A DNA stretch of 64,000 bases, from the NCBI GenBank assembly GCA_946965045.2, contig OX337238.1, positions 1,054,001 through 1,118,000 on the forward strand. The letters run 5' to 3'. The notes beneath the pieces are model-generated. The model searched no databases and was not told the origin of the DNA. It was given only the letters and a program-made list of their open reading frames with translations. This DNA is from Epithemia pelagica. Taxonomy: Eukaryota; Protista; Bacillariophyta. Position numbers and translations under genes: made by a program. The first letter of the stretch is position 1, and each line of letters opens with the position of its first letter. Positions 52,638 through 64,000 of the stretch are shown piece by piece.

Positions 52638-54455
52638 ATGACGACGACAACGACAAGACTGTTGGGCCAAACGTCCTGGTTGCCACTGTGGTCGACGCGA
52701 CGCACAAGGAGGATGCGGTCACGCCGCCACCAACGACCAATCATGCCTCTGGGCCATCATCATCCCCAAACAGTAGCCTGTGCTGGAGGTATCCTGGCGG
52801 TGCTGGTAGTGTGGATGACCATCTTGATGGTCTTGCATGGTCAGTTGCCGTCCTCGTTGTCGGTTCCACCAGGACGCGATCCTTGGCCTTCCAGACTGCC
52901 GTTGGTTCCTGGTTCTTCTTCTTCTTCCAGGCATGTCAATACCGATGACAATCGACGAACGGGCGATGGTTCTTTGTCATGGAAATGGTCATCCTCGTCC
53001 TCCTCCTCCATTTCGGAACGAGATACACCTCGTCCATCCTTGAGGCAAGAATTTGAACAAGGACATTCTCCTTATGATTGGAATCGTATCGAACAAACTG
53101 TGCAAGGCCTCCGAGTCATCATGGGAAACCACAACAACCACCGTACCACGAAAACAAAGGAAGACGAAGAAGATGTTCGATATACCGCCCTTCGACATTG
53201 TCCGATTGTTCCTCCCTCACCTCAAACCTATCCCCATACCTGGCCCTTGCTGGACTTGCTGGATGATTGGAATCCCAATGAGGTCAACATTCCACAACAA
53301 CAGCGTCGAAACGACGACGCGCAGTATTATTTGTACCACTCCTTGTGTATTTTGGATTGGAAGGTACATTCCTTGGAACAAATTCGAGCCTATCAACAAG
53401 CGGAAATTCCCTTTGTCTTGCAAAATCATCCCGAAGTATGGAGAGCTGCCGAACGATGGAATTCTCAAGTACCACCGTCCTCCTCATCCTTCTCGGCACA
53501 GTCGCAAGACCAAACGAACCGCCACCACGACACTACTTCTGGCACTGCTGCTTCACCACAATCGGTTCCTTATATGGTAGAATTGTTACGCAATGTAAAA
53601 CCCCAACGCAATGAATATGCTCGCCACTCCAATCATTTGCCCTTTTGGCGTGGCGGCAACACTGCCAATGGTCCTACGGAAAATGTGCTACTGGGCATGT
53701 CCGAGTGGTGGTCCAAGGCTCAAGCCTTGGAGCAGGCCTTGCGACGGAACGAAACTACAGTGACGTCGTCCGATCATTATTATTTTCGCTTGTCAGCCGT
53801 GCCTCAAGCACACAATACCTTTTTGTATGACGAATTGCCCATTTTGGATCCAGCCCTTCCGCATCCCGATGAGTATTATTTCTATAAGGACAAACACAAG
53901 AAGCAGCATGAAAGGAAGAACAACATACCATCGGACTCCTCCTCATCCACGTCGACGTCATCGTCCTTGTTCATGGTAGATCCATCGCAAGAACGGGGGA
54001 TTAATTGTCGCTTTGGCATGGTGGGCAGTATGGCGGACAGTCATTTTGATCCCACCCGAAATTGGATTTTTGTCTTCAAAGGCTTGAGACGATACATTTT
54101 GTCCCCTCCCGAAGAATGCGAGCATTTGAATTTGCATCCCCTCGGTCATGTCAGTGCGCGGCATTCTCAAGGCAATTGGGGCAATTTGACGTCGGACGAA
54201 CGTCATGCCATGCAACACGCGCAGGCTCTTCAAGTTGTGTTGCAACCCGGCGATGCCTTGTATTTGCCCACATCCTGGTTTCATTTCATTGTCAGTTTGA
54301 CCACGAGTTTTCAGTGCAATGCACGATCCGGTACCACCCATGTCCAAGGATCGGAATTGGATCGCATCTTTACCGCCTGTGGATTTCCTGTTGCCATGCC
54401 TCTTCCCGGAAGTTTGCCGAAATTCTTGCGACCGGTAGAATCCACTCACGCATGA
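52638..54455 (+). CDS. JmjC/cupin-8 family 2-oxoglutarate/Fe(II) oxygenase with N-terminal hydrophobic anchor
   Basis: SHFD (HxD)...LQPGDALYLPTSWFHFIVSL (distal His). Hydrophobic ILAVLVVWMTILMVL near the N-terminus. Confidence 0.82.
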   Translation: MTTTTTRLLGQTSWLPLWSTRRTRRMRSRRHQRPIMPLGHHHPQTVACAGGILAVLVVWMTILMVLHGQLPSSLSVPPGRDPWPSRLPLVPGSSSSSRHVNTDDNRRTGDGSLSWKWSSSSSSSISERDTPRPSLRQEFEQGHSPYDWNRIEQTVQGLRVIMGNHNNHRTTKTKEDEEDVRYTALRHCPIVPPSPQTYPHTWPLLDLLDDWNPNEVNIPQQQRRNDDAQYYLYHSLCILDWKVHSLEQIRAYQQAEIPFVLQNHPEVWRAAERWNSQVPPSSSSFSAQSQDQTNRHHDTTSGTAASPQSVPYMVELLRNVKPQRNEYARHSNHLPFWRGGNTANGPTENVLLGMSEWWSKAQALEQALRRNETTVTSSDHYYFRLSAVPQAHNTFLYDELPILDPALPHPDEYYFYKDKHKKQHERKNNIPSDSSSSTSTSSSLFMVDPSQERGINCRFGMVGSMADSHFDPTRNWIFVFKGLRRYILSPPEECEHLNLHPLGHVSARHSQGNWGNLTSDERHAMQHAQALQVVLQPGDALYLPTSWFHFIVSLTTSFQCNARSGTTHVQGSELDRIFTACGFPVAMPLPGSLPKFLRPVESTHA

Positions 54456-55123
54456 TGAGCACCAGCAGAAGCAAGCTTCGGAGACTCTTGACTGTGCAAC
54501 GTACGCGCGCACGAAAAAAGAGGCATTGTAAGGAAAACGGTGTGGATGGCGTTTTGTGAATCCCATGATTTCCAAAGACGCACTGGCAAACTCCTCTCAC
54601 TCCTGGATGACAATGGCCTCGACGACAAGCGACACCATGAGGACAATTTCACCACCAACATTTTTCTGCCCTCTCCCCAACGATTCCACCAGAACACTGG
54701 AGGAATCCACATGTGAAAAACGAATGGAAGGTCCTTTATGTTTGCAACGAATCATGCACTCCTACGACCCAAAAAACAATGTCGGACTATCACGCTACAA
54801 CTAGGAAACACAAAAGGTGGATGTTTGACTTGAAACGTCCAAAGTCGCTTAAATAGTCTGTCAACTCTGATAGTAAACCTTCAAAAGGATCCTGCTTGCT
54901 CAAATACCTCTATTTCGATCCTCTTTACTCGCCTGCAAGCAATCTCCAACGCGCAAAGTAATGACTTTTACTGGTGGACACGACAAAGAGTGTGTATCCG
55001 CCATTCCTCTTTCAAAGACCATTGTTCGAAGAAATGACAAACGATGAATACAAGGCTCTGCGCTTTATCACAATCAAAGCCGGAATTAAATTTCTGTGTC
55101 ACATGCGGGAACTGTCACTCAAA

Positions 55124-56892
55124 TTACAAGAAATACTGGTTGGTAATGTACACATGATCTCTTGCTGGCCCCGGAGGCAATTGCTCATCTGGAAACCCAG
55201 AGAGTTGATTGTAGTTTCGACCATCGGCCCTGGCCGAAGTGCGAATCCAATCCCATTCAGCAATGGTTTTGTTGTGAATCCGCAACATGCCATAGCCGTA
55301 CATGGTGGCATCGCGCACAGCTACCCACTCTTCGGGAACACGAGATCGAAAGGGGGCTTTGCATTGACCTACATTCCTAACGGTGATGTGGACAGGACCC
55401 AGGGGATCAACCTTGTCGAACGTCACAGCATGTGTGCGAGAGTAGGCATGGATATGACCAGAAAAGACGATATTCACACGATATTGGATAAGCAGTGGTT
55501 CCAAATGTTCCCTCGCCGCGAATATTTGTGGATCGTCCAGATGCAAACCAAAGGTGTTGTAAACGGGAGTGTGGATCACGACAACCACCCACGGCGTAAG
55601 GTCGCGATCCACACGTTGGAGTTCGGTATCGATGAAATGCAGTTGCTCAGAACCTGGATTCATGGAAGCGTATGCATTTACCATAATAAAGTGAACACCA
55701 GCATATTTCCATGAATAGTAGGAGTTGCCGTACTCATAGGGGAACGGGTAGAGGATGGTCCGAACTGTACTTTTCCTTAAAAGTACCCACTTGCGGAGGC
55801 TTCACATGCGGCATACGAAATCGTGTCTCGTAAGCGAGGAAAATTTGATCAGACGTTTCGTACTTGTCAATATCATGGTTTCCAGGACAGATCTGGAGCT
55901 GGAAGAGAAAGGCAGGGAAAGAGGCGTGAGACTTGATTTCTCAAGAATCATGTAATTTCTCAACAGGGTATACTATGTGAAGAACCAAACGTACTGGTAT
56001 AGCGTCAAAGGCCGCGTAATCGTCCAGGAAGTCAAAAAAGGTATCCCATTTTCGGTGGTCCTTCCTAGTATAGGCAATGTCACCTGCCAAAACAGCAGCA
56101 TCGATTTCGTGTTTGGAATGAAACAAGCTCTCCAAGGTGAGATGGGCGTGATTAGATTGGCCCACATCACCCACTACCGCAAAGGTTGCTGGAACAGAGG
56201 AAGAAGGAGGGGGAGCTGTTTGAAAGGAACGAATCTTTTCCGGTGACGGACATCCAGTTGCGGATCCATGAGAGGAAGCCAGCCTAAACCGATCAATGCG
56301 ACCGCGGAAGGCCTCTTTCGCGGTGGCTCCAGTTTTTGCAGGGGAGTATATGGAGGGTACCGGTTTCGTCTTGAGTTGTGCCATTTGTGCTGTGGAGAGT
56401 GGGAAGAGCAAGGCTTGACCCATAGATTCTCTCAAATTCTTCTCGATTGCCTTGGAAAACAGGCTGATAGTAATAGGTCGTTGAAGGCTTTAGTCCCGTA
56501 ATGAGAACATGGTGATAAAAAGGCGACCAATAAACGGTCGAAGTACGATTACGTTCGTCGTTGCTGAGTTCATGTTTCAACGTGGTGATGTTGTAGCAAT
56601 GGGATGAAAGACCACCCGTGTCTTGCTCCATATACACAGTCGACAATTCATCCGGAGAGGTTCCCAGACGGACACCACCAACGGGGAAATCGGTGCCTTT
56701 TACAAAACGACTGGAGATACTGGCAAAACTGACAATCATGGAAGTGGAAGGATCGGGACCCACTGCAATGTGTACATGGTGAATAATGGAACCACCGCAA
56801 CTGCGAGCTGAGACTTTTCGGGCCTCAGTTACAGTTCTTGTTCCACACAAAGCGAAACATATCCAAAGACAATACAGTCCAGTCCATTGCAT
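55124..56892 (-). pseudogene. Purple acid phosphatase (FN3-like + metallophosphoesterase) with a 96-nt intron (55899-55994) and two apparent frameshifts (~56400, ~55760)
   Basis: Signal peptide from ATG 56892. Motifs GDVG, GDIAY, GNHD, VIH and GHIH. Intron GTAC...CAG restores IP/LQICPGNHD. Frameshifts may be real or assembly errors. Confidence 0.85.
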
Positions 56893-57369
56893 CGGACGAA
56901 GTAGTGCGGACTGGCTCCGTATTCGGTTTCCCTGAGGAGGACGAAAGAGATTCATCTTTGTTCTTGTTTATTGAGTGTTTCTGCACCAAACTAAACGATA
57001 TCACGAGACAATACTTCACTTCCTTTTACGACAGAAAGGACAAACGCAAGATGACACTGAGTTGATTTGGATATCACGTTTCTTCCGTGGGTCTTTCTTT
57101 GCATGTAGACAAAAAAAATCGTAATGCCCAATTTTGTGAGGACAAGCATTCTTTGCTTCATGCATGCGCGCTGGGGGATAGAATACATAGAGGGTGTTGG
57201 ATGTGAGCAGCAGAGCATGCGCGCTGCATGGAGCACACGCGTAGTGAGTCGCGCCTTACCACTCGAGGAAGACGATGCGGACATGGAGGAAGACGATGGG
57301 GACATGGATGTTCATAATTTTTAGAAAGATTCACGAGTTGCCATCCCTCCGTTCTATAACAGGTGGAAT

Positions 57370-57835
57370 CGATCCTCTTGAGGTCTTCCTTGGCCTTACC
57401 TTCTTCTTCTTCTTACGTGCATGGAAGTCAGCGACAATCGATGACCGGGGACAGAAAATTGTCGTCCGTCATCCATTCCGGAACGACATACACCTCATTC
57501 ATCCTTCCGACGGTAATTTGAACCAACACCACGAAAACAAAACAAGAAGAAGAAGATGTGCGATATACCGCTCTTCGACATTCTCCCATTGTTCCTCCCT
57601 GACCTCAAACCTATCGCCAAACGTGATCATTGATTGCAAGCGTCGAAACGACGACTCGCAATATTATTTGTACCATTCCTTGTGTATTTTGGATTGGAAG
57701 GTACATTCCTTGGAACAAATTCGAGCCTATCAACAAGCGGAAATTCCCTTTGTCTTACAAAATCATCCCGAAGTTTGAAGAACTGCCGAACGGTAGAATT
57801 CTCCAATACCGCCGTCCTCCTCATCCTCATTATCG
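57370..57835 (+). pseudogene. Decayed partial copy of the JmjC gene 5' region (~52900-53490)
   Basis: Long shared blocks (e.g. YYLYHSLCILDWKVHSLEQIRAYQQAEIPFVLQNHPEV) with deletions and stops. Confidence 0.85.
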
Positions 57836-58024
57836 GCACAATGGCTCGTTGCTTAAGCACGATGGCAAGCGCCACCACAAGGACACTTCAAGAGATGTCT
57901 CGTGCGTTGTTTTCCCAGCTGAGTCCACCAGAACACGGGATTCTTCAAACAACCTTTTTTCGATCCTTTTCACTCACTGGAAAAGACGACCAGTAAGACG
58001 TGGTGGATGACGTCTTTGGAAGGG

Positions 58025-58430
58025 ACGAAGATGCTGGCACTGCGGTCAATGGACGGTCCGAGTCTTGGTGCCACCCTTGTGTCCCTTGACCAACTCCGTC
58101 AAGCCAAAGTAGTTTTGTAATTCATTCTTGGTTGGATTGAATCAACCCTGGTACCGACAACAAGTGGACATGTCGAATGGGTGTACCATGACAGGCAGGG
58201 TGAGAACGTTGCTGACACTCTGCGAGGCTTCCATGATATACCATTACTGTCGCAAATAATCCACATACACGGGATCGTGACTCGTTTGACAGGCTTGAGT
58301 CAAATGAATCAAGGGAGCCGTTTGTTCTTGACAACAAATTGGGATGGTTGGTCGTGTTTTCTTGAGTGGTGGTGGTTGCTTTCTTGCAGGTTTGGTCGTT
58401 GTTGTCTTGGTCTGTGGAGTCGTAGGACTT
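58025..58430 (-). pseudogene. Decayed partial copy of the RBR gene (~51270-51695)
   Basis: Shared QEQTAPLIHLTQ.CQT.HDPV and TPIRHVHL..VPGLIQSNQE, with frameshifts and stops. Confidence 0.85.
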
Positions 58431-58685
58431 CCTGTTGTAATGTGGAGTTGTCGGATTTGCACTTGACACGATCCCTCGACACTGTGTGCTCCTGTTGTTT
58501 CATATGAAAGGGGAAGCCTCTCAAGCCATAAATGGGAGGAGGCAGTACAAATAATAAAATTCTGGAAGAGAGATGATAAGGAGGTTGTAATCGTTTGCTA
58601 TTGGATTTTAATGACGAACCAAAACTTTATCACATATAATATATTGGCGTCCGCAGCCACAAGGGGAGGACATTGTTGTGGATGC

Positions 58686-60347
58686 TTATTCGATGGACTT
58701 GGGCTGGCTGGCGGACATTTCGTCCTTACCATGGAGGGCATGGAAAGATTCACCCTCTTCACGGTTCACTTGCTTCAAGGCACCATTTTCCTTCTTGAGG
58801 GCGATTTCGTACACTTGCTTTTCCTCGTCAGTGGAAGCCAAGGCCATTTGTTCACGAAGATCACGAATGTTCTTCAAGATTTGGGCACGACGTTCAGTGA
58901 AGTTTCCACCAGCAATCCACTTGTCAAAGGTAGGCAAATCTTTTCCAGCAGGGAAGGCACCACCACCCAAGTGACCAACATTGGACTTGGTGTTGGGCTT
59001 GTCACCGTGTTCCATGGCGGCACGTTCTTCAGCGGTACCAACGTACACTTCATCACGTTGGAAACCAGAGAGCTTGCGGTGGATGGCGGCAAGAACCCAG
59101 GCACCAGTACAGATACCAGTGGCTTCCAAAAACAAACAGATGCGGAGCAAGATGTAGGTAATGGGAGTGGACAAGAAAGCAACAGGGAAGGCAGAAGCAA
59201 CCAATTGCCAGGCAATAGAGGCAACAATCGTCGTAATCAAGGCTCCCAACAAACCAGTGTTGAAGAATTCTTGAGCACCGTCAGACACACCCAAAACGTT
59301 GGATTCACCATCTTCGACATCCATGGAGGTCACACGGGCAATCACAAAGAAACAAGACACGACGCACAATTGACGACCAACCATGAATCCTGGCAAGTTG
59401 TGGCCTTCTCCTTGGAACAACAAGTTGCATGTACGGGATGCCCACACAGACGAGTTACGTTCTTCATCCGTCAACTTGGCAACAGCGAAAAAGGCAATTT
59501 GCATACCCTCAAGCATACCAACAACGGCCATCAACAAGAAGAACAAAACAACGGCAACAACTTCAGGTACACCGTCCCACATCGTAGTCTTGCCATCGAA
59601 CAAAGCGGCAAAAGTAGCGACAAAGGCAAAGGTCAAAATACCAACCGACAACAGAACACGGCCCCAGAACAAAATGTTCATGAAAGCATCACGGGGTTCT
59701 TCGTTAGACTCGATGGGCTTGCCGGCCAATCCAGCAACAATCATCTGAATCAAGTAAGAAGCGTGCAACAATCCAGAAGCTTCAATGGCCATGGCAACCT
59801 TCACAGTGAACCAGTTACCCCAGTCATTGATAAAGTCAAGCATACAATGCGAAGCATTCACTTGAGTGTTCAATTGACCAATCATACAAGTCATGAGGAT
59901 CATCGCCAAACCGGACTTGAGGAAAGCGTTGGCAAGAGGATCGGGAAGGTTGAGAACGGAAGCGTCTTCAATAGGGGCACCAGACAAGTTAATGACGAAA
60001 ACCAAAGCCAACACCATGAATTGACGGCCCATGAGGTAACGGTCCAAGTTGTCTCCCTTGTGTCCGTGGTCGCAGATGCGGAAAGAGATGGGGTGACTTT
60101 CACGGTAGAGTTCACGGTCAATGGGAGGAAGACCAACCATGGAGGCTTGGCCACCTTCGACCAAAGACAACCACAACAAAGCAACCCAGATCAAAACAAA
60201 GGCCAAAGCCGGGTGAACATCTTCAGAAAGACTGGTCTGTTCGTCAAAGATCAACGCCATGACGACGATGATAGAAAAGATCAACAAGCCGATCGAGTAG
60301 ATCGCCTTGACAAGGTAACATCCATTAGCACCTGGTTCGTCCGCCAT
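58686..60347 (-). CDS. SIT: Diatom silicon (silicic acid) transporter, 553 aa
   Basis: Four GXQ motifs (EGGQ, MGRQ, EGMQ, VGRQ), the CMLD motif, about ten hydrophobic segments and a C-terminal coiled-coil region. Confidence 0.96.
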   Translation of the reverse strand: MADEPGANGCYLVKAIYSIGLLIFSIIVVMALIFDEQTSLSEDVHPALAFVLIWVALLWLSLVEGGQASMVGLPPIDRELYRESHPISFRICDHGHKGDNLDRYLMGRQFMVLALVFVINLSGAPIEDASVLNLPDPLANAFLKSGLAMILMTCMIGQLNTQVNASHCMLDFINDWGNWFTVKVAMAIEASGLLHASYLIQMIVAGLAGKPIESNEEPRDAFMNILFWGRVLLSVGILTFAFVATFAALFDGKTTMWDGVPEVVAVVLFFLLMAVVGMLEGMQIAFFAVAKLTDEERNSSVWASRTCNLLFQGEGHNLPGFMVGRQLCVVSCFFVIARVTSMDVEDGESNVLGVSDGAQEFFNTGLLGALITTIVASIAWQLVASAFPVAFLSTPITYILLRICLFLEATGICTGAWVLAAIHRKLSGFQRDEVYVGTAEERAAMEHGDKPNTKSNVGHLGGGAFPAGKDLPTFDKWIAGGNFTERRAQILKNIRDLREQMALASTDEEKQVYEIALKKENGALKQVNREEGESFHALHGKDEMSASQPKSIE

Positions 60348-61640
60348 GATTTCAGTTCTTTTCTGTTTCTCTTCAGAACAAATAGAAATATTATGAGACG
60401 AGTGCTACTTTTGTTTGTGTCTCTCTCTAAAATGATTTTGGCGGAGGATGAGGGTACAGCTGGCGAACGTTTCATTTGGCGTGCCGGCGATCACACGACC
60501 ACTTGCGCACAGCACACATAAGAATCGTCGGTTTGGTCCTTCGATGTTCATACCACTTCAGTCCATCAAACATAATTTTAACGGATTGGATAACCTCCCT
60601 CTAAGTATCTTTCTTCTTGTCTGGAGATGTTTAACGCATGAATCCATCTTTGATATGCATCTACCTCCTTTGGACGGGATTGACCTCGCTCGGGTTTAGG
60701 GAGCGAGCAAGGCGGGTGTTTCGCAAAATACCAAGCAATGACCAATCATCTAACTGATTTACAGGTCTGCGTCGCATTTCCAGTACCACTCGGTGAAGCG
60801 ACATTGACGGGGGAATAGTGCATTGGCGTGGGCCTATCGAAACATTACCTTTCACCAAGTCCCAAGCGATCGTGGTGAACCATGGCTAATGCTAGTTTAC
60901 CGTAGGAAAGCAACAGCTATCTACTCTCTCCCGTTCTTGCATCTGCTCTCTTGCCGGGTCTTTCTGGCCCACGACCACGAGTCTCGAGCATCCCCAAATC
61001 GCAAGTCGCAAGACGAGTTAGAGGAACTCCAATCTCTAGTAGAGGAGTAGGTGTTGCTTTGGATAATGGATAACCCGTAAAACCATGGATCTACTTCTTG
61101 GAGTACCTAGGAGAGAGATATGTACATGTGTGCCGCCAACCGACAGCAAAACGAGAAGTCGATCAAGGAAGCTCTCACCTACTCCTAGGAACTAGGAAGC
61201 AATTCGATTCCTAGAGACAATGACTACCATCTACTAGTCATCAATGAAGCAACCGATATGGATTGGTGCCTTGCATCAATTCTCCTATCAAGCATGTACA
61301 ATCTACAATCAACTGGTCTATCTTCTCTCCCTGTTTCGACATTCTGGAAGACCATTGAGCGTGCGCATGTTGAATATTATTGTCTATCCACAATCCACAA
61401 GCCCCAAGATACAACGCCAATGACTCCACATTTCGTCTTTGTCGTCGTCATTTTGGAAAATCGTCTCTACTGCTACTCCTACTCCTATGTACAACCAACT
61501 ACTCCTACCACCTCTGCTCTCTAGCTACCTACTCCTACCAGATCTTTCAGCAATCGCATATCGCATCCCAAAAGAATTTTTTCCAAGAGACATACTTTAG
61601 GTAATGGCACGTGACGTCACGCGGGGCTGCCGATCACTGA

Positions 61641-61641
61641 C

Positions 61642-61672
<31 letters not shown>
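61641..61672. repeat. (CTGT)8 microsatellite
   Basis: Direct reading of the sequence. Confidence 0.95.
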
Positions 61673-62488
61673 GGACTGTGGACGAGCCCGACGTGTTAGA
61701 CAAGATTACAAGCGCACTTGTACAAAAGCGAATCATCGTACGACAAAGTAACCACAATTTTTCGCGCGAATGTAATGCGTTGAGCTGGCGTCGTACAGAC
61801 TGATCGAAGTCAAAGGAATTCTGAAAGTGATGACACCATACACGTCAACCGAAACGTGAATGACGTTCGTACAACAAAATTGACCACTTTCAAAGTCGTA
61901 CAACCAGGCTTTTAAAATAAGTCGCTTGTGGATCGCGAATATTATTAAGGATCACTTCCTCAAGCGACATCATCATGCCGCAGTATTTGCCGCTGGGACG
62001 TAACATGTGACAGATATAAACACGATAAGCATTGGGGATTCTTTCGTCCGCTTCTCCGGCTTCCGGCACTACAAAAACATGGCGCCCAAAGAACAGCAAT
62101 AGCGGACAGAGGGCGAAGGACGATTGACATTCGAGACTTCCACGTCTTTGACAACATATCCAGCTTGAATTGAACAACACTGCAGCTGCATACGACCAAC
62201 AAAAGAAAAATACGTGAAGAACATGAGGCAGAAGAAATCCCACCGAATATCGGTGCCTTCTCCTCCACGAAAGCCAACGGAAAGTGAATGTATGAATGAG
62301 GACTTGGAGATGGCCAGTACAAATAATCTTGGGGAGAGCCATCTTGCTCCGCCAAACGAGCATACGGCAGACGAAGATGCGTCCAACTCAATGACCGCTT
62401 CCTTATCTAGAAGCGTGGGAGGTCACTGGGCAACCACGAGTAAGAGATTCATGACTATATCTCCTTTTCACAAGATGAGCGACTTATA

Positions 62489-64000
62489 ATGTGTTTCTTT
62501 GCTCGACCTCTGTCAAAAACAGGGACGATTATGGTTCTGATATTCGCCCTCAGTTTAGCAACTTGCTTGTCGTTTATCGCAGTGGGAGTTTCACGAGCCA
62601 AAGACAGAGAAGAAGATGATTTTCATCGAGATGCTCAAGACTTTGTCAAAAAAATTCAGGCGAGTTGGGATGAGTACGTGAATGCAGCATCGTTAGTTCA
62701 TGCTCGTTGTCGTGACGGTTCCTTTACCCGTTCCGAGTTTCGGGAAATGTATGAATATTTGGTTGCCGGTGGTTTGGATTTCAAGGCCGTCCAATTTGAT
62801 CCACTAGTGCCTCACGAAAAACGACAAGAGATGGAGGATGAGGCTCGAGCTTATTTTGCCGAATATTACCCTCACGTAGACTACAAAGGAATCAGGGGCT
62901 TTGAACCTAACATCCCGGGCCTGTCTCATCGATCTGATCAACCTTTTTACTATCCAATTCACTATATGGAACCAGTCCGAGGAAATGAGGCAGCGATTGA
63001 TTTAGATTATTACTCATCTGAATCCAGACGAAAAACAGTGGATGCTGTATTAAGTCGAGGCTTGCCGGCTGTGACAAATCGTCTTGTTTTAGTCAAAACA
63101 CCTGGTGAAGTGAATCGATGTACGCCAGATGATGACGATGCCTATGGAGTCGTCTTGATGCACCCTGGTGTCAATCTGACATCACAACCTGATATCTGGC
63201 CGAAAGAATTTTCATCCTTTGTCATTTGCATGCCTCAACTCTTGTTCAAGGCGACCGAAACGCAAGTCAAAAGCTTAGCTGTCTACATTCACGATAGCAC
63301 ACCGGCAGACCACCGTCATCGTGATCCGGATTTCTTGGGTGCTCTTCGTGCCGATGTCAAAGGCATTGGGGATGTCCAGTATACCCTTCTTGATGAAGTA
63401 TCTCTTTCGTCATTAAACGGTAATGGTCTCTACCACCGTCAAGACATCCCGGTGGCGAATCGAATGTGGACTATTACTGTGGTACCTGTGGACGGAACAT
63501 ACAATCCGCACTTGGTGTTTGTCATTCTAGGTGGCAGTATCATTTTTGTTGCTGGGCTTTGTCTGACCCTGTGGGTGTACGCCAACACGGCTCGCATACG
63601 GAAGTTCAATGCCATGAAATTCGAATCCGAAGCTGAGAAGGCAAAACTTATTCTGGACAATGCTCGACAAGCGACCCGAGCTGAACGAGAGCTGAACGAT
63701 TTTATTGCACACGAGGTGCGAAATCCGGTCGCAGCCGCCATGGCAGCCACTAGCTTTGTGAAAACAGCAATCCTCAAAGACCCTCCCCTGGTGGACGAGG
63801 AAGCGCGGCAACAAGCACGTGACGATGTGGGTGTGATTGAAAGTGCTCTGACGTTTGTCAATGACTTGTTGCGCAATATGTTGGATATGCATCGCGCGGC
63901 CGACAAACAACTCAAAGTCAGCAAGAGTGCAACGGATGTTTTGCATGATGTTTTGGAACCTGTTCATGCCATGTTGCATCAGAAAAGAGATCGCGTTGAA
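62489..64000 (+). CDS. CHASE-domain sensor histidine kinase, 3'-partial (absent from the ORF track because it has no stop in the window)
   Basis: Manual translation: TM (MVLIFALSLATCLSFIAVGV), CHASE-like YYPIHYMEP..GNEAAIDLD, second TM (LVFVILGGSIIFVAGLCLTLWV), H-box DFIAHEVRNP and DLLRNMLD. Confidence 0.9.
   Translation, partial: MCFFARPLSKTGTIMVLIFALSLATCLSFIAVGVSRAKDREEDDFHRDAQDFVKKIQASWDEYVNAASLVHARCRDGSFTRSEFREMYEYLVAGGLDFKAVQFDPLVPHEKRQEMEDEARAYFAEYYPHVDYKGIRGFEPNIPGLSHRSDQPFYYPIHYMEPVRGNEAAIDLDYYSSESRRKTVDAVLSRGLPAVTNRLVLVKTPGEVNRCTPDDDDAYGVVLMHPGVNLTSQPDIWPKEFSSFVICMPQLLFKATETQVKSLAVYIHDSTPADHRHRDPDFLGALRADVKGIGDVQYTLLDEVSLSSLNGNGLYHRQDIPVANRMWTITVVPVDGTYNPHLVFVILGGSIIFVAGLCLTLWVYANTARIRKFNAMKFESEAEKAKLILDNARQATRAERELNDFIAHEVRNPVAAAMAATSFVKTAILKDPPLVDEEARQQARDDVGVIESALTFVNDLLRNMLDMHRAADKQLKVSKSATDVLHDVLEPVHAMLHQKRDRVE

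Noticed and set aside
58611-60521. 636-aa ORF antisense to SIT
   Set aside because: It is in exact codon register with SIT, so it stays open simply because SIT avoids TTA/CTA/TCA codons. The translation has no recognisable motifs.
1-64000. Reassignment of TGA to a sense codon as an explanation for the in-frame TGAs
   Set aside because: TGA clearly terminates copia-1 pol at its usual end (LLCGW*), copia-2 pol, LINE ORF2 and the JmjC gene, so any readthrough must be context-specific.
55124-64000. PAP-SIT-histidine kinase as a nutrient-response gene cluster
   Set aside because: Adjacency alone. No shared regulatory motif was detected, and eukaryotic neighbours need not be co-regulated.

Overview
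Eukaryotic nuclear DNA from a diatom (a full-length silicon transporter is present; the species cannot be determined from sequence alone). The left ~46 kb is a nest of transposable elements: two tyrosine-recombinase retrotransposons with split direct repeats (Ngaro/PAT-like; YR-1 at <1-9402 on +, YR-2 at 24294-39572 on -), an APE-RT-RNaseH LINE (Ambal-like, -), two Ty1/copia elements (copia-1 at 25863-33099, inserted inside the YR-2 recombinase gene; copia-2 at 39770-46295), and several non-autonomous inverted-repeat elements and tandem duplications. The right ~16 kb holds host genes: a disordered SxIP/CaaX protein, an RBR-type E3 ligase, a JmjC/cupin oxygenase, a frameshifted purple acid phosphatase, decayed copies of the RBR and JmjC genes, a SIT, and a CHASE histidine kinase that runs off the window. 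Main observation: two unrelated retroelements (YR-2 and copia-2) each join gag and pol in frame across a single TGA, followed by the same CGCCAG hexamer, a 9-nt spacer and a long hairpin. This looks like a shared programmed stop-codon readthrough signal. Other leads are a degenerate C5-methyltransferase-like domain upstream of the YR-1 RT, a copia PBS matching a tRNA-Ile half molecule, and a host protein combining five SxIP motifs with a CaaX box. No tools were run, so protein family calls rest on motifs read by eye.
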